A stretch of DNA of 64,000 nucleotides, from assembly GCA_026770705.1 (NCBI GenBank), contig JANJGN010000039.1, forward strand, positions 4,340,001-4,404,000, written 5' to 3'. A program made the position numbers and the translations under genes. The notes beneath the pieces were generated by a model. That model was given only the letters and a program-made list of their open reading frames with translations, was not told the origin of the DNA and made no database searches. This document shows positions 50,440 through 62,954 of the stretch, in pieces. Numbering within the stretch: the first letter of the stretch is position 1; every line of letters begins with the position of its first letter. The stretch comes from Isurus oxyrinchus. Its lineage: Eukaryota.

Positions 50440-53400
50440 ATGATTTGAGGATAACGGTATTGAAGGAAGTGAGAGTAAGAATTGCTGGGTCACTGGCCAA
50501 AATCTTTCAATCTTCCTTAGACCAAGGGGAGGTGCAAGAGGTCTGGAGAATTACAAAGTTATGCATCTGTTAAAAACGGTAGTAAGGATAAGCCCAGCAA
50601 TTACAGACCAGACAGTTTAACAACAGTTTTGGCAAAATTCTAGAAGCAGTTATTCGGGATAGTACTAGAAGTCAAATTGGGAAATAAGGATTGATAAAGT
50701 ACAGCCAGCATGGTCGTGCTTAACTAACTTGATTTAGCTTCTTGAAGAGTTAACAAAAAAGGTCGATGAGGTTATTACTGTTGATGTGGTCTACATGGAC
50801 TTTCAAAGCGGCATTTCACAAAGTACTGCACAAAAGACTTTTGTTATTGCTCATGGAATAAAATGGTCAGTAACAACTTGGGGGAGAAAAAAAACGTTGA
50901 AAAAGAAGAAGCAGAGAATAATGTTCAAAGGATATTTTGCTGGCTGCAGAAAGCCTTGTTTGGAGTTCCCCAGTGGTCAGTATTGGGACCCTTGCTTTTC
51001 CTCATGTATATTAATGCTCTTGTCTTTTCTGTGCAGTGGACATTTTCACTGTTTGTAGTTGAGACGAAGTTTGAGACTGTTGTGAACTCCGAGTGGGACA
51101 GTGTAGAAGCTCAAAACTACATTGACAAGTTGGTAGAGTGGACAAATCGGTGCCAGATGAAAACTAATGCGCTGGGAGTGCCAGTTTATGCATTTTACAA
51201 AGAACAAAGAAAAGTACAGCACAGAACCAGGCCCTTCGGCTTCCAAGCCTGCGCTGAACATAATGCCCATCAAGTAAAACATTTTGCACTTCCGTGGTGT
51301 GTATCCCTCATTTCCCATCCTACTCATGTATTTGTCAAGCTGCCTCTTAAACAGCACTATCGTACCTGCTTCCACCACCTCCTCTGGCAGCGAATTTCAG
51401 ACAGCCATTACCCTCTGCGTAAAAAAACTTGCCCTGCACATCTCCTCTTTAGATATCTCCTCTCACCGAAAATATATGTCCCCTATTAACTGAAGTTTAC
51501 ATCTTGGGAAAAACCTTCTGACTATCTACTCTGCCCATGTGAATCACATTTTTTTAAAGTTATATCAAGTCGCCATTCAATATTCGTCGCTATAGTGAGA
51601 ACAATCCGTCTTTCTTCAACCTCTCCTCACACCTAATAAGATCCAGAGCAGGCAACATACAGGTAAACCTCCTCTGCACCCTCTCCAATACCTGCATATC
51701 CTTTTGGTAATGGGGCGAACAGAATTGCTCACAATATTCCTAATGTGTCCTCACCAAGGTTCTATACATCTGCAGCATGGCTTCCCAGCTTTTAGACTCA
51801 ATACCACTGACAATGAAGGCAAGCATGCCATATACCTTCCTGACTACCTTATCCTCCTGCACTGCCACTTTCAGTGAGCTGTGGACCTGTACACTCAGAC
51901 TAATGCACTAAAGGGTTCTGCCATTTTCTACATAATTCCTGCCTGTATTAGACATTCCACAATGCATTACTGTCCATTTGTCCGGATTAAACTCCATCTG
52001 CTACTTCTCTGCCCAAGTCTCCAACCGATCTATATCCCGTTATATCCTTTGACAATCCTCTTAACTATCTGCAACTCCTCCCATCTTAGTGTAATTTGCA
52101 AACTTACTGATAAGCCAAAATACACATTCCTCCAAATCATTTATGTATACTATAAACAGCGAAGGTCCCAGCACGGACCCCTGCGGAATTCCAATATTCA
52201 CAGCTCTCCTTTCAGGAAAGCACCATTCCACTGCTAACCTCTGTTTTCTATGGCCAAGCCAATTATGTATCCATCTTGTCGGCTCAGCTCTGATCCTGTG
52301 CGAATTTACCTTCTGCACCAGTCTTCCATGAGGGATTGCAAATCGATCTCTGATGAAAGCGAAGGCAGGGGAATGTGAGTTTACGCATTTTACAAGGAAC
52401 AAAGAAAAGTGCAGCGCAGAAACAGGCCCTTTGTCTTTCCAAGCTTGCGCTGAACATATTGTCCGTCAACTAAAACATTTTACACATCTGGCGCTGTATC
52501 CCTTTATTCACCTCCTATTCATGTATTTGTCAAGCTGCCTCTTACTGGCAGAGAATTCCAGACACTTACTACCGTCTGTGTAAAAAAACTTGCCTGGCAC
52601 ATTTCCTCTATAAATTTCTCCTCTCACCATAAATATCTATCCCCTAGTAACTGATTCTTCCAATTTGGGAAAAAGCTTCTGACTATCTGAATCAAATACC
52701 TTACTATAAATCCATGTATCTAAGATTTAGTGCCCTTCCATCATCCATCATCTTTGTCACTTCCTCGAAAAACTCGATCAAGTTAGTGAGACACGATCTC
52801 CCCTTCAAGAAACCTTGCTGCCTGTCAGTAATACGCCCATTTGCTTCCAAATGGCACTAAATCCTGTTATGAAGAATCTTATCAAATAATTTACTGGGAA
52901 GTCCATGTACTGGCAATATCAAATGAGGGGACAAGTTTTTAAGGGCGTGCATGAGCAGAAAGACATGCGGGTGTATGTACATAGATCATTGAAGGTGGCT
53001 GGACAAGTGGAGAGAGAACTTAATAAATCATATAGTATCCTGGGATTTGCTAATGGGGTCACGGAGCCCAAGACAAGGAGATTCTGCTAAATTTGTTTAA
53101 GACACTCATTCGGGCTCCGCTGGGGTATTGTGTACAGCTCTGGACGCCAGCTTATGGGAATGATGTGAACACACAGTGACAGTGTGATGAGGAATACAGA
53201 AATAGTTCCAGGTATCAGGAACTTCTCTATGAAGATAGACTGGAGAGGATGGACCTGTTCCCCCTTGAGAGAACAATACTAAGGGAGGATTTTAAGGATG
53301 TGTCCAAAATCCTGATGGCGCTGGAGTGGGTAGATAGGAGAAAATGCACCGATCGTCAAGGGAGCAAGAATGAGAGGACACATATGTAAAGTGCCTTGCA

Positions 53401-53660
53401 AAATAATCAAATTTGAACTGAGAAAACAGAAAACCATAGTCCCGCACAACTAATGGTTCGGGTCTAGAACACACAACCTGGAGCTATGGAGGAGGCTGCT
53501 TCAACAGAGGCTTTGAAGACGGCATTACGTAGTTATTTCAATACAAGCGTTATGCAGGGTTACAGGCAAAAGACAGGGCAATGGCACTAGGTCGTACAAC
53601 TCATTTGGAGAGAAGGCCAGACGCAATGGGACCAATGGACTCCTTCTGTTCCATCAAACT
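50440..53660 (+). mobile_element. Host CR1 (+; 50440-51200 and about 52905-53660) split by antisense CR1 insertions (51200-52335 and 52395-52870)
   Basis: Host RT motifs VYMDFQ and GVPQWSVLGPLLFLMYIN. Guest ORF 52061-52402 has GIPQGSVLGPSLFIVYINDL on the - strand and is the same family as 39915-41120. The host resumes at ggcaatatcaaatgagggg. Confidence 0.9.
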
Positions 53661-54299
53661 TACGTGATAGTGCGATTCTGTGAGATTCATATGAATTGGT
53701 TTTGAACACTGAAAAACTACTTGCCTGCATTTTATATTTATGTAAATAGTTAAAGTCTGTTTCACTTGGTGTGGTTCAATAGGGAGCAGAAAAATATAAA
53801 TACATGTGACTTGCTATGCTCATTATTAAATGCCTTCGAGAAACAGCAAACACCTTCACCTTTACTGATCATTGTATCCATGACACAAGAAACGTGCACA
53901 GATGAGTCATCAAAAAGAGTAAATTAAATGTTTAACAAACTTGTCCCATTCAAGTAATGACCAGTCACTCTGTATTCACTTCCTCTGGTGAAAACTTATC
54001 TGGAACTGAATAATGAACACAAGTCAATTCCAGAGATGCTAACTGACCGTGGTCATGTTTTCCAACTGGGCTGCTGACCTAAATTTAGCACAATTAAACA
54101 TGGACATATCCCCGGAATATTGCTTGTCCACTGATGTCTCGTATTGCCATCTGTCCCATGATTCCCACTGAGGAAATCCATACAACGTAAGTACTTCTTA
54201 TCCATATTTTCCCTCAAGTGGTTGACTGCACTGTGGTCTGATTTAAAACTACATGCTTTTCCTCTAAAAAGCAGTATGGAAAGAAATCAGCCATCTTGC

Positions 54300-54790
54300 C
54301 AGTTTTAAGGCGGTATATAACTTCTCTTTAGGCAATGGGATCAACTCGCAAATCTCACTCACAAAACCGAATCCAGGAAATGATAACACTGGTTAGCTGC
54401 CTGTGAAACATACGTCAGTAAACCAGGATGTTACACGTTCACGCACAAAATAAAACCAGAGAGCAGCCCACGCGCAGATGTATACAGGATTATAATTCAC
54501 ATTTACTAACCTGGAACCCCAATGACGGCGATTGTCACATAATATATTTTATCAACGTATTGAAAAGTCTCACGCATTTCCTCTATGAAGCAAGTTATTC
54601 CTTAGCTGCTGTGCAGAATAGACCTTGCAATAAATTGTGAAGTGTTCATTTCCCCGAGACTTCAATTTATTTCTTACGGGACCTCCATGGGGACGTTTAG
54701 ATTGCAACATGCTTCAAAGTGTTTTTTTTTTCTCCCTGGGGTAAAATAAAAAGAAAAAAAGAAACATTACGGCAGCTCATCCGGGATAGG
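54300..54790 (+). mobile_element. Possible LTR followed by a degenerate tRNA-Pro primer-binding site
   Basis: ggcagctcatccgggat (54771-54787) compared with PBS-Pro TGGGGGCTCGTCCGGGAT; AATAAA upstream at about 54628. LTR limits uncertain. Confidence 0.35.
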
Positions 54791-54839
54791 TGAGATTTCA
54801 TTCTAAAACTGAACTCAAAAATTCTCTATGCTTGGTCAA

Positions 54840-56160
54840 CACAACCTACACAGCCTAGGCAAACAGCACTGACCCTGCAACTGACACAGCCCTTCTTAAA
54901 AAAAGAGATCGGGTTAATGGCATTCGCTCTCCAACAGACACAGCTCATCCATCCTGCACAGCTCCTCCAAGCGAAAAATCATAGTAAAGAGGCATTGACA
55001 CTCCAACTGACACAGCCCCAGCGAAATGCACAGTCCAGGAAAACTGCATCCACCATGCAACTGACACATCCCCTCATCCTACACAGACCAGGAAGATGAC
55101 ATTAACCCTCCAACTGACACATCCCCTCATCCTACACAGAACAGGAAGATGACATTAACCCTCCAAGTGACACATCCCCTCATCCTACACAGACCAGGAA
55201 TATTGCATTAACCCTGCAACTGACACAGCTCCTAGACACTAAACAGTCCAGGACAACGGCTGTGACTTTCATACTGACACAGCCCCACAAATCTATACAG
55301 GTCAGGAAAACATAATTGATCTTACAAATGATACAACCTTCGCAGACTGCAGTGGCCAGGAAGATGGCATTGACCTTGCAGCTGACATCGCCTCTGCCAA
55401 CTAAACATACCAGGAAAACAAAAAAGATCCTGCAATCGAAACAGCCACTCTAAATTTGACAAACCAGGGGAACGACATTGACGCTGCAAATGACAAAGCC
55501 CTCCAACCTCCCCAGACCAAAATGCAGCCCTGATACCCCCCCACCCCCCAGCACCCCCCTCCTTCCCCACCCCCACCCCCACCGGCAAATGACACAGACA
55601 CTCCAATCTAAAGAGGCCAAGGAAAGAACTCTCCAATTGACATTGTCCCTTCAACCCACACAGGTGGAGAAGATAGTATTGAGTTTCCAACTGAAATATC
55701 CCCTCCACCCTACACAGAGCAGGAAAACAGCATTGAATTTCCAATTCACACAGCCCCTCCCTCCTACACAGAGCAAGAAAACAGCATTGAATTTCCAATT
55801 CACACAGATCCTCCACCCTACACAGAGCAGGAAAATGGCATTGAATTTCCAATTCACACAGATCCTCCATCCTACACAGAGCAGGAAAACGGCAGTGAAA
55901 TTCCAATTCACCAGCCCCTCCATCCTACACATGGCAGGAAAACGACATTGATTATCCAAATGACCCAGGGCCTCCAGCCTGCATAGACCAGGAACACAAA
56001 AATGTCTTCGCAACTAACACAGCCTCCCCATCCTAGGAAGACCTGGAAAGCGATACTCACCCTGCAAATGAACCAATCCTTGCAAACAAGGCATACCAGG
56101 GAAATAGCATTGATCTTCCAACTGACACAGACCCTTTCAAACCTTCAAGGACCACCAGGC
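54840..56160. repeat. 53-54-bp minisatellite (caactgacacagcccctccatcctacacagaccaggaaaacggcattgaccctc)
   Basis: Near-perfect 53-bp units at 55058-55200 and 54-bp units at 55700-55920. Confidence 0.95.
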
Positions 56161-56369
56161 GATACTGACTTTGAAGGCCAAAGCCCTTCCATCAAACGTA
56201 GCTCGTTCAACAGGGTAGAAATTTTTCAACTGTCTTTCTCACATCAACACTTCCATTGATGCCACCCAAGAAACGCATCCACGAAAATAATATTCCACTT
56301 AAGGAATGTTTAATCTCCACTAGACATATCATCTCTATTAAATGCGGCATAGCACCAGAAAATACAAAC

Positions 56370-56690
56370 CTGAAATCAGTGAAGCTCCTGAAATATTTAA
56401 AGGTCATGAAACTGATAAGGACCCTGAAATAGACAGAGACCCCGAAATACATGTTGACCCTGAAATAGATATGGATCTTAACATAGGCACGGACGTTACA
56501 ATAGATGCACAACCTGAAAAAGATACCAATCCTGAAATGGATAAAGAGTTGGAAATATTTACCGACTCTGAAATAAATATAGACCTTAAAATAGATACAG
56601 ATCCTGAAACAGGTGTAAAACTTCAAAATAATACTGCCACAAACTCGCACAAAATAATTCAATTCCCGAGCAAATACAGAGACTGAAATT
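56370..56690 (+). repeat. 18-bp minisatellite (gaccctgaaatagacaca)
   Basis: Translates as repeated DPEIDx hexapeptides. Confidence 0.9.
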
Positions 56691-56839
56691 AATATAACAC
56701 ATTTAGCTAATCGCGCACAACAAACTACTAGAACACTTCATTGTCATCCGGCCACTCAGGCCAATGCAGTTCCTAAAAGCAACAAATCCACTGTAAAGAA
56801 CGCTGTCCAAAAAAAAAAAAACAATACATTCTCTCAAAA

Positions 56840-58590
56840 TGCTGTGTCCTGGTGTTGGAGAAATGGCTTGCAATTCATGGGACATTGGCACCAGTACTGG
56901 TGAAAGAGGGAGCAATAACGTCTGGGCGGGCTCCAGTTGAGCCATGCTGGGACCAGTGTCTTCGCAAATCGCGTAACTAGGCTTTTAGATAGTGCTTTAA
57001 ACAAAATAATTGGGGTAGAGTTCAGTTTTAGGAAGGAAGGGACAGAGTGTGTGAACGCCAAATTTCACCAAATAATCATATAAGGGCAGGAAAACTGACA
57101 ATCTGGCAAATGTAAAGGCTTTGCATCTGAATGCACTAAGCATTCGGAATAAAACTAATGAGTTAACAGCGCAAATAGTGATTGATAGGTATGATTTGGT
57201 GGCCATTGCTGAGGAGAGGTTACAGGGATAATAGGTTTGTGAACTGAATATCCAAAGGTACTCAGTGCTCTGGAAGGATAGGCAGGAAGGAAAACCAAGT
57301 GGTGCAGCTTTGTTAGTAAAGGAAGAAATCAGTGCTATATTGACGAATGACATAAGCACCAGTGAGCAAGATGTAGACTCTTTCTGGGTGGAAATAAGAA
57401 ACAGCTAGGGAAAGAATCGGCTGGTAGATTGATCTATAGGTTCCGAAACCGTAGCTCAGCAGTAGGGCACAACATAAGGCAGGAAATACTGGGAGGTTCG
57501 TAAAAAGGCACAGCAATAATCAATCGAGATTATTAGTTGCATATATATAGACTGGGCTCGTGAAATTGGCAATGGAAGTCTCCAGAAAGAGTTCATAGAA
57601 TATATCAGAGATTTTTTTTTTCTTAGAGCAATATGATGGGGGGGCCACGCATGGAGCATTCTATTCTGGAACAGAAATGAAACCAAAAATACCTGGACAA
57701 ACACAGCAGGTGTGACAGCATCCGCACAGAGGAACACAGTTAACGTTTTGAGTCCGTATGACTCTTCAACAGAATTAAGGAAAAATAGAAAAGCAGCTAG
57801 ATATAACCGCTTTCAAAGGAGTTTGGTGGGGTAGATAGAGGAAGATAGAGGGCCAGTGAAAGGCGGAGTTATCCAAAAGATGTCATAGACAAAATGACTA
57901 AGAGGTGTTGATGGTGGTGATGTTATCTAAGGAATGTGCTTATAGGTGACATTAAGGGAAGAAAGCAGTACAAGCAGGGTTCAGATAGCCCTAGTGGTGG
58001 TGGGGTGGGGGGAAGTTATCGAAATAGGCTAAAATATACAGATAAATCAATGGATGGAAATACATTTAAAAATAATGGAAATAGGAGGGAACACCTATTA
58101 TGGACTTAATTTCGTGTAATGAAATCTGATTAATTAATGATCCCCTCGTAAAGGATGCTGTAGGGAGGCGTGAACTTAGCATTTTAAAATTTCAAGTTCA
58201 GCTTGAGAGCGAGAAACCTGAGTCCCACACTGGTGTTCTGGAGTTCGAAAAAGCTGATTACATAGGCATGAGGCCAGATTTGGTCTTACTGGGCTGGGAA
58301 GGAAGAATTCCAGGCCGGACAGTTGATAAACAGTGGCAGATATTAATGAAATGTTCAATTCCTCCTAAGGAAAATCTATTCCAAACAGTAAAGAACGGGT
58401 TGAGAGCGGGACAAGCATCAGTGACAAAGCAATTAAGTTAAAGATAACGTAAAGATAAAAGCTATGGCGTAGCAATTTGCAAAGGTCAGCAACAGGCTGA
58501 AAGATTGGGGAACTTTTAATGATCAACAAAGGGATACAAAAAAAAAACAATAAAAAGAGGGAAGGTAAATTATGAGAGACTTAAGAAAAA
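56840..58590 (+). mobile_element. CR1 5' portion (ORF1 esterase end and APE) interrupted by a Penelope-like terminus (about 57685-58085, -)
   Basis: WCWRNGLQFMGHWHQYW...GLQLSHAGTSVFANRVTR; ctgaatgcactaagcattcggaataaa (LNAxSIRNK); ggaaggataggcaggaaggaaaa. The insert begins aaaaatacctggacaaacacagcaggtgtgacagcatc. Confidence 0.85.
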
Positions 58591-58999
58591 AACACGTTGA
58601 AAAGCGAAGTCCAGCATTAAAATGGCCAAATCTATAGTGAAATAATTCTCAATAATAATTTGGTCATCATTCCTATGTTTTCAGATCTTTCAAGAAGATA
58701 TGTGAAAAGTCTGCTGATATCAGGAATCTCCACCCTGTCTCTAGCTACGTAAAATCATTGGAATATGTTTTGCGGATTTTGATCTGCTCTTTGCGCTGTT
58801 GGCATTTGACTTCTACCTGGGCCTGCCAGAGACGTTTCAAAAAGTTGGCAACTTCGCAAAAGCTTCTTCTCCATTCTGGGCAGCCTCGAACACGAAATTC
58901 GCACAAATCGGCGGGGATGCTACATTTTATCAGGGAGGATTTGAGGACGTCCATTGATCATTTCGTCTGCCCTTGAGCTGATTTATTATGATGATGATG

Positions 59000-59790
59000 C
59001 TCAGAGAAGAGAACATGTTTTCGGGGTCTTGTGTCAGGCATAAGGATGTTGTGGCCCTTCCAAGATGGCAGGTTAATCATAACCTCTGATTCGATACTGG
59101 GCAAGTTGGTCTGAGAAGGGACACTGATATTGGGGCAGGTGTCCTGCTATAGAATGTGCCAGGATTTTGAGGAGGCCATTTGGAATTTCATTGTTCAGGG
59201 TATTGTGCTAACTTGCTGAATTTGAATAAAGTCCAGAACCTGTTTTGCGCAGTTGTTTAAAGGGATTGTAACGGAGGTTGAGGTTAATTAGGTAACAAAT
59301 ATTTTATTATCGTAACAATTGGAGTCTCATGCATGTGCTTGAAATCCTTCATAATTTGTGAATAATTGTTTATATTTATTTTTAAAAGCCCCTAAAGTTC
59401 TCGGTGTACTTACTCCTGCTGAGTTCAGTGCAAGCATCTCGAAATAACTGCAAATTGCAAATTAATTGCGATAGGACGACCAGGTTTCGTTTCCCTTGAG
59501 AATTTGTTCTGCCTGCCCCACGTGATCTGCGACATCATCACCAGAGGCTCGTCCAGGACATTTCAAATTCCATGTATGATTTGGAATCAATGAATCTTAA
59601 GGTTACGAGTTTAAGAAACACTTTGAATTCAGAGGTAGCTGCGAGGGATTTTAAAGACGTTAGACTCTAAAAATGTCTGTACCAATGGGGAAAAACTCGT
59701 TGAAAGTCAAAGTTATAATTGTGATAGGGTATAAAAGTATTTCAGGGTAAGATAACAGAAATTGGCGGATAAGATGCAGCTGATTTTACC
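59000..59790 (+). mobile_element. Gypsy-like LTR, PBS-Pro and start of gag, degraded
   Basis: ggctcgtccagga (59546-59558) matches PBS-Pro at 12 of 13 positions; downstream gaaattggcggataagatgcagctg (xLADKMQL) resembles a fish Gypsy gag N-terminus from memory. Confidence 0.45.
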
Positions 59791-59939
59791 TCCAGTGCTA
59801 GTTATTGTGTTTATCCACCACCGACCCCCCCACACCCCCTACCTCCCCCGCGGCCCCCACCCGCCCTCCACCTCCGCCATTGGTGCCTTCCTTAATTTGT
59901 AATTGTGGAAAGCAAACAGTGCGCTCAACCGTGAAGGCT

Positions 59940-61330
59940 GATAAAAAGTATTTATTCACTTGTTTTCCCAATTCCTGCTTCGCCGTAAGGATTACCCCTT
60001 CCACACTCTCTGAGAGACTTAAATTTACCCGAGCCTCTCTCTTTCTGTCTCCAGATCTAAAAAAAGCTCCCACTGTCCGTTTTTAAAATACTTGCAAACT
60101 TACATTCAAGGATTACTCCCTCATTCTATTATGTTTATGGTCATTTTTTTCAAAACATCCAAATCCTCCGGCTAACCACCGATATTTGGCAAGTTGTCTA
60201 TTTTTTTAATATTTTATTTTCTTTCAAAGTGGTACTATCCCCAAATTCCTTGGCTGACCATGGTTGGGTGCCCCTTTCCTAGAAACCATTTTCCTCACTG
60301 GCCTATGCATATTTTTTAGTCATGGAATGTGTTCCTAAGCGCCTGCCATTGTTAATCAACCGTCCATACTGCTAATTTCATTTCCCAATCCACGCCAGCC
60401 AACTCTGCCCTCGTTCCTTTGTAGTTACCCTCATTTAAGTTCAGCATTTTCGTTTCTGACTCAGGCTTTTCACTCTTAAACTGGATGGTAAATTCTGTCA
60501 TGTTATGGTCACTGTTTCTTATGGAATATCCTACCCTTCAATAAGTATTTAAACCTGTCTCAATACGCATTACCAAATAAAAATGCCTTATCATTGGTTG
60601 GATCCACAATATTGTGTTCTAGAAAACTGTCTAGACTATATTAGATGCATTATTGCTCGTGACCAGCCCTGCCAATTTGATTTTCCCAAAGAACATGACG
60701 AATAATGTCACCCATGGTTAATGTACTGCCCTTTTTATATGCCCTCATTTTTTCCAGATTTATTCTAGGTCCTAAAGTATAGCTACTGTTGGAGAACCCC
60801 AAGCCTATTGCCAGCTGTGCCTCTTTCCTCTTGTTATATCTTAAGTCCAACTTAATGGATTCTGCATTTCACGATCCGAGATACTTCATTGTTGTTGTGC
60901 AAATTCCGTCTCATACTAGCAACGCCATTCCAATCAACATTTCCTTACTGACTGTTCTATCTAATAGTCACAGACCAGTGAAAATGTTGTCCCCAAATTT
61001 GATATCCTTGTAACCAGGTTTCCTTAATGGCTGGCAGATTATTCCTATTAACATCTATATGTACCGTTAATTTATTTATTTTGTTGCAAATACTACGCAC
61101 TTTTAAGTAACAAGTTTAAAAAAAAAACATCCCCCCCTCCTCTTTGACCCAATTTGTTGCTCTTTTGTTTTATGTTTGTACACTCTGCCCCTTCCTGCAA
61201 CACTCAGGGTTCAATACTGCACATCAAAACGTGCCTTTCAAAGCTTCCACAACATTTTGCTTTGTTTGGCTCCGCATCTCCTCTCCAGAACTCTCCAATA
61301 TCACCCCACTACTACTTTGTTTAAAGCCGT
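59940..61330 (-). mobile_element. CR1 APE-region fragment
   Basis: ORF 60650-60850 (KKGSTLTMGDIIRHVLWENQIG) corresponds to the APE IMGDFN..IDW motif; homologous to 57100-58500 in reverse. Confidence 0.75.
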
Positions 61331-61339
61331 CTCGGCGGT

Positions 61340-61612
61340 TATTCGAGCCATGGTAATTCGAGCCGAAAGGCAACAGGTCACAGCACGTTTCAAGTGAAGC
61401 CCATTCCACACCATCTTGACTTGTAAATATGTTACCGTTCGTTCAAAGTTGCTGTGTCAAAATCCTGGAACTTCTTCCGTAACAGTTCCTTGGGAGACTC
61501 AACACCGCATGGATTGTACTGGATCAAGAAGGCAGCTTAATTCAAGTTCAATCAGTGGTTGGCTATTCTTACTGGCATATCCAGCGATGTCCACATCCTA
61601 TGATTGCATGAA
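61340..61612 (+). mobile_element. L2-like LINE 3' end
   Basis: cacaccatcttgacttgtaaatatg...gtcaaaatcctggaact...tcaagaaggcagct...ccagcgatgtccacatcc. Confidence 0.78.
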
Positions 61613-61619
61613 AATGATA

Positions 61620-61910
61620 ATAGTTGGAGTGTCAGTGTCAGTGGGACAGCCAGCATTGCTCAGTCTATGCTGGCTGGAGGGACTGTGTCATGTATAGGGT
61701 CTGTTTAAGTTTCTGTCTATGTAGCTGTTGTAGAGCCTTCTTTTGTTGAAGGGTGTGTGCCTGTTGTTGGTTTTGTTGCTGTTGCAATGTCTGTTTTCGT
61801 TGGTGGGTCTGCATCAATTGAAGGGTTTGTCTCACGTGGAGGGTCTTTGTCAGTGGTAAGGCGCGTTTCTGTTGGGGGCTCAATTTTGTTTGCAGGATAT
61901 CTATGCATTT
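61620..61910 (-). repeat. 18-bp minisatellite (caacagaaacagaccctt) plus one 54-bp-type unit
   Basis: The QQKQTL-type periodicity in ORF 61665-61919; the reverse complement of 61625-61700 resembles the 54-bp unit. Confidence 0.75.
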
Positions 61911-62089
61911 GAAGTTCATATCAGTTTAAGGGTTTTTATCTGTCAGAGGATGTGCATTGCGTGAAAGCTCAAGTATTCACTGTAGAGTTTAAAATGTTGA
62001 TAACCCGGTGGAGGATTTGTGTTGTTTGAGGTTTCAGTTTGGGTAATAATGCTTCTCGTGTTACTGTTATAAAAACAATGGGTGGCCAA

Positions 62090-62340
62090 ATACAAAAAGT
62101 GAAGAGTTATTCTGTTCCACTCTCAGGCAGCGAGCCTTTGTAACATCCTTACAAATATCTGCATTGCAAGCCGAGTATTTCAATATTTATTCAAGGCGTA
62201 GACAGATTATTTACAATCTAAAAGCAGAAGGATATCTGCAACAGGTAACACGTTATATTCACATTAGCCATGAACTTACAGAATGGTGGAAGAGGCTCGA
62301 AGGGCCCAGACATTTACTCTCTTCGTAATCTGCATATTCT
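62090..62340 (+). mobile_element. CR1 3' end, degraded
   Basis: atatttattcaaggcgtagacagatt...ttagccatgaacttacagaatggtggaagaggctcgaagggcc. Confidence 0.7.
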
Positions 62341-62856
62341 TACTTTATTTGTTTGAATTAGTTTAAGCTGTTGTATCACTTCAAACGTGCAATATTTCCT
62401 GGTGTTGAGTTATCTTCAGATGATTTATTTACTGAATTTTCTCATGAACAGTCAGCAATATCCCACTTTATTTGCTTATCAAATTGTTCATTTTTGAGGA
62501 GTGTAGCTGCACCTCTCAGTGCAGTAGAACAGCCCTCAAAGAGACACAGCAACAATTGGAATTTAATTACTGAATGGCCAGAGTCGAGTGAAGGGCATTA
62601 CTAAAGTAACATGGGATCTAGACTGAGCCTGATGGTGCTTGAATGGGCACAATTATTGGTTTGATAACGCAGCTTCATATTTTATTTGTTAACGCATGTG
62701 ATCAGAATTGTCCAGGCTTTGGAACTTTGCAACTCGAACTCTGGAAAATTATATTGCCTCACTGAACTCGATGTTGTAATCTGTTTGTTCAATTAAAAAC
62801 AAGAAATATGTTGAATAATATTTCATCATCAATATCCCCAAAGCGATCCCATACGG

Positions 62857-62862
62857 TATAAA
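62857..62862 (+). promoter_or_regulatory. TATA box candidate for paralog D
   Basis: Perfect TATAAA about 95 bp upstream of the ATG. Confidence 0.45.
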
Positions 62863-62954
62863 TTCATATATTTGAGAACTTAACACTTCAGGGTTTAATA
62901 CAGTGTTCGGAGAGATTACCTGCAGCGCAAAGGCGAGATTATTTCACACTGAAA

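Noticed and set aside
50863-51489. 208-aa ORF as a gene
   Set aside because: A chance read-through from the host CR1 RT into the antisense tail of the inserted CR1.
53990-54030. GTT CCA G|ataagt on - as a candidate exon 1 end for paralog C
   Set aside because: The donor is not GT and the upstream peptide (LELTCVHYSVP) is unlike the family exon 1.
55322-56013. Repetitive ORFs of 120-194 aa
   Set aside because: Products of the 54-bp minisatellite; neighbouring 53-bp units break the frame.
58085-58125. SIIGVP on - as a candidate exon 1
   Set aside because: No donor site; it is the antisense of the resumed CR1 APE sequence.
56840-61330. Facing CR1 APE fragments as one large inverted repeat
   Set aside because: Homologous but strongly diverged; consistent with independent insertions.
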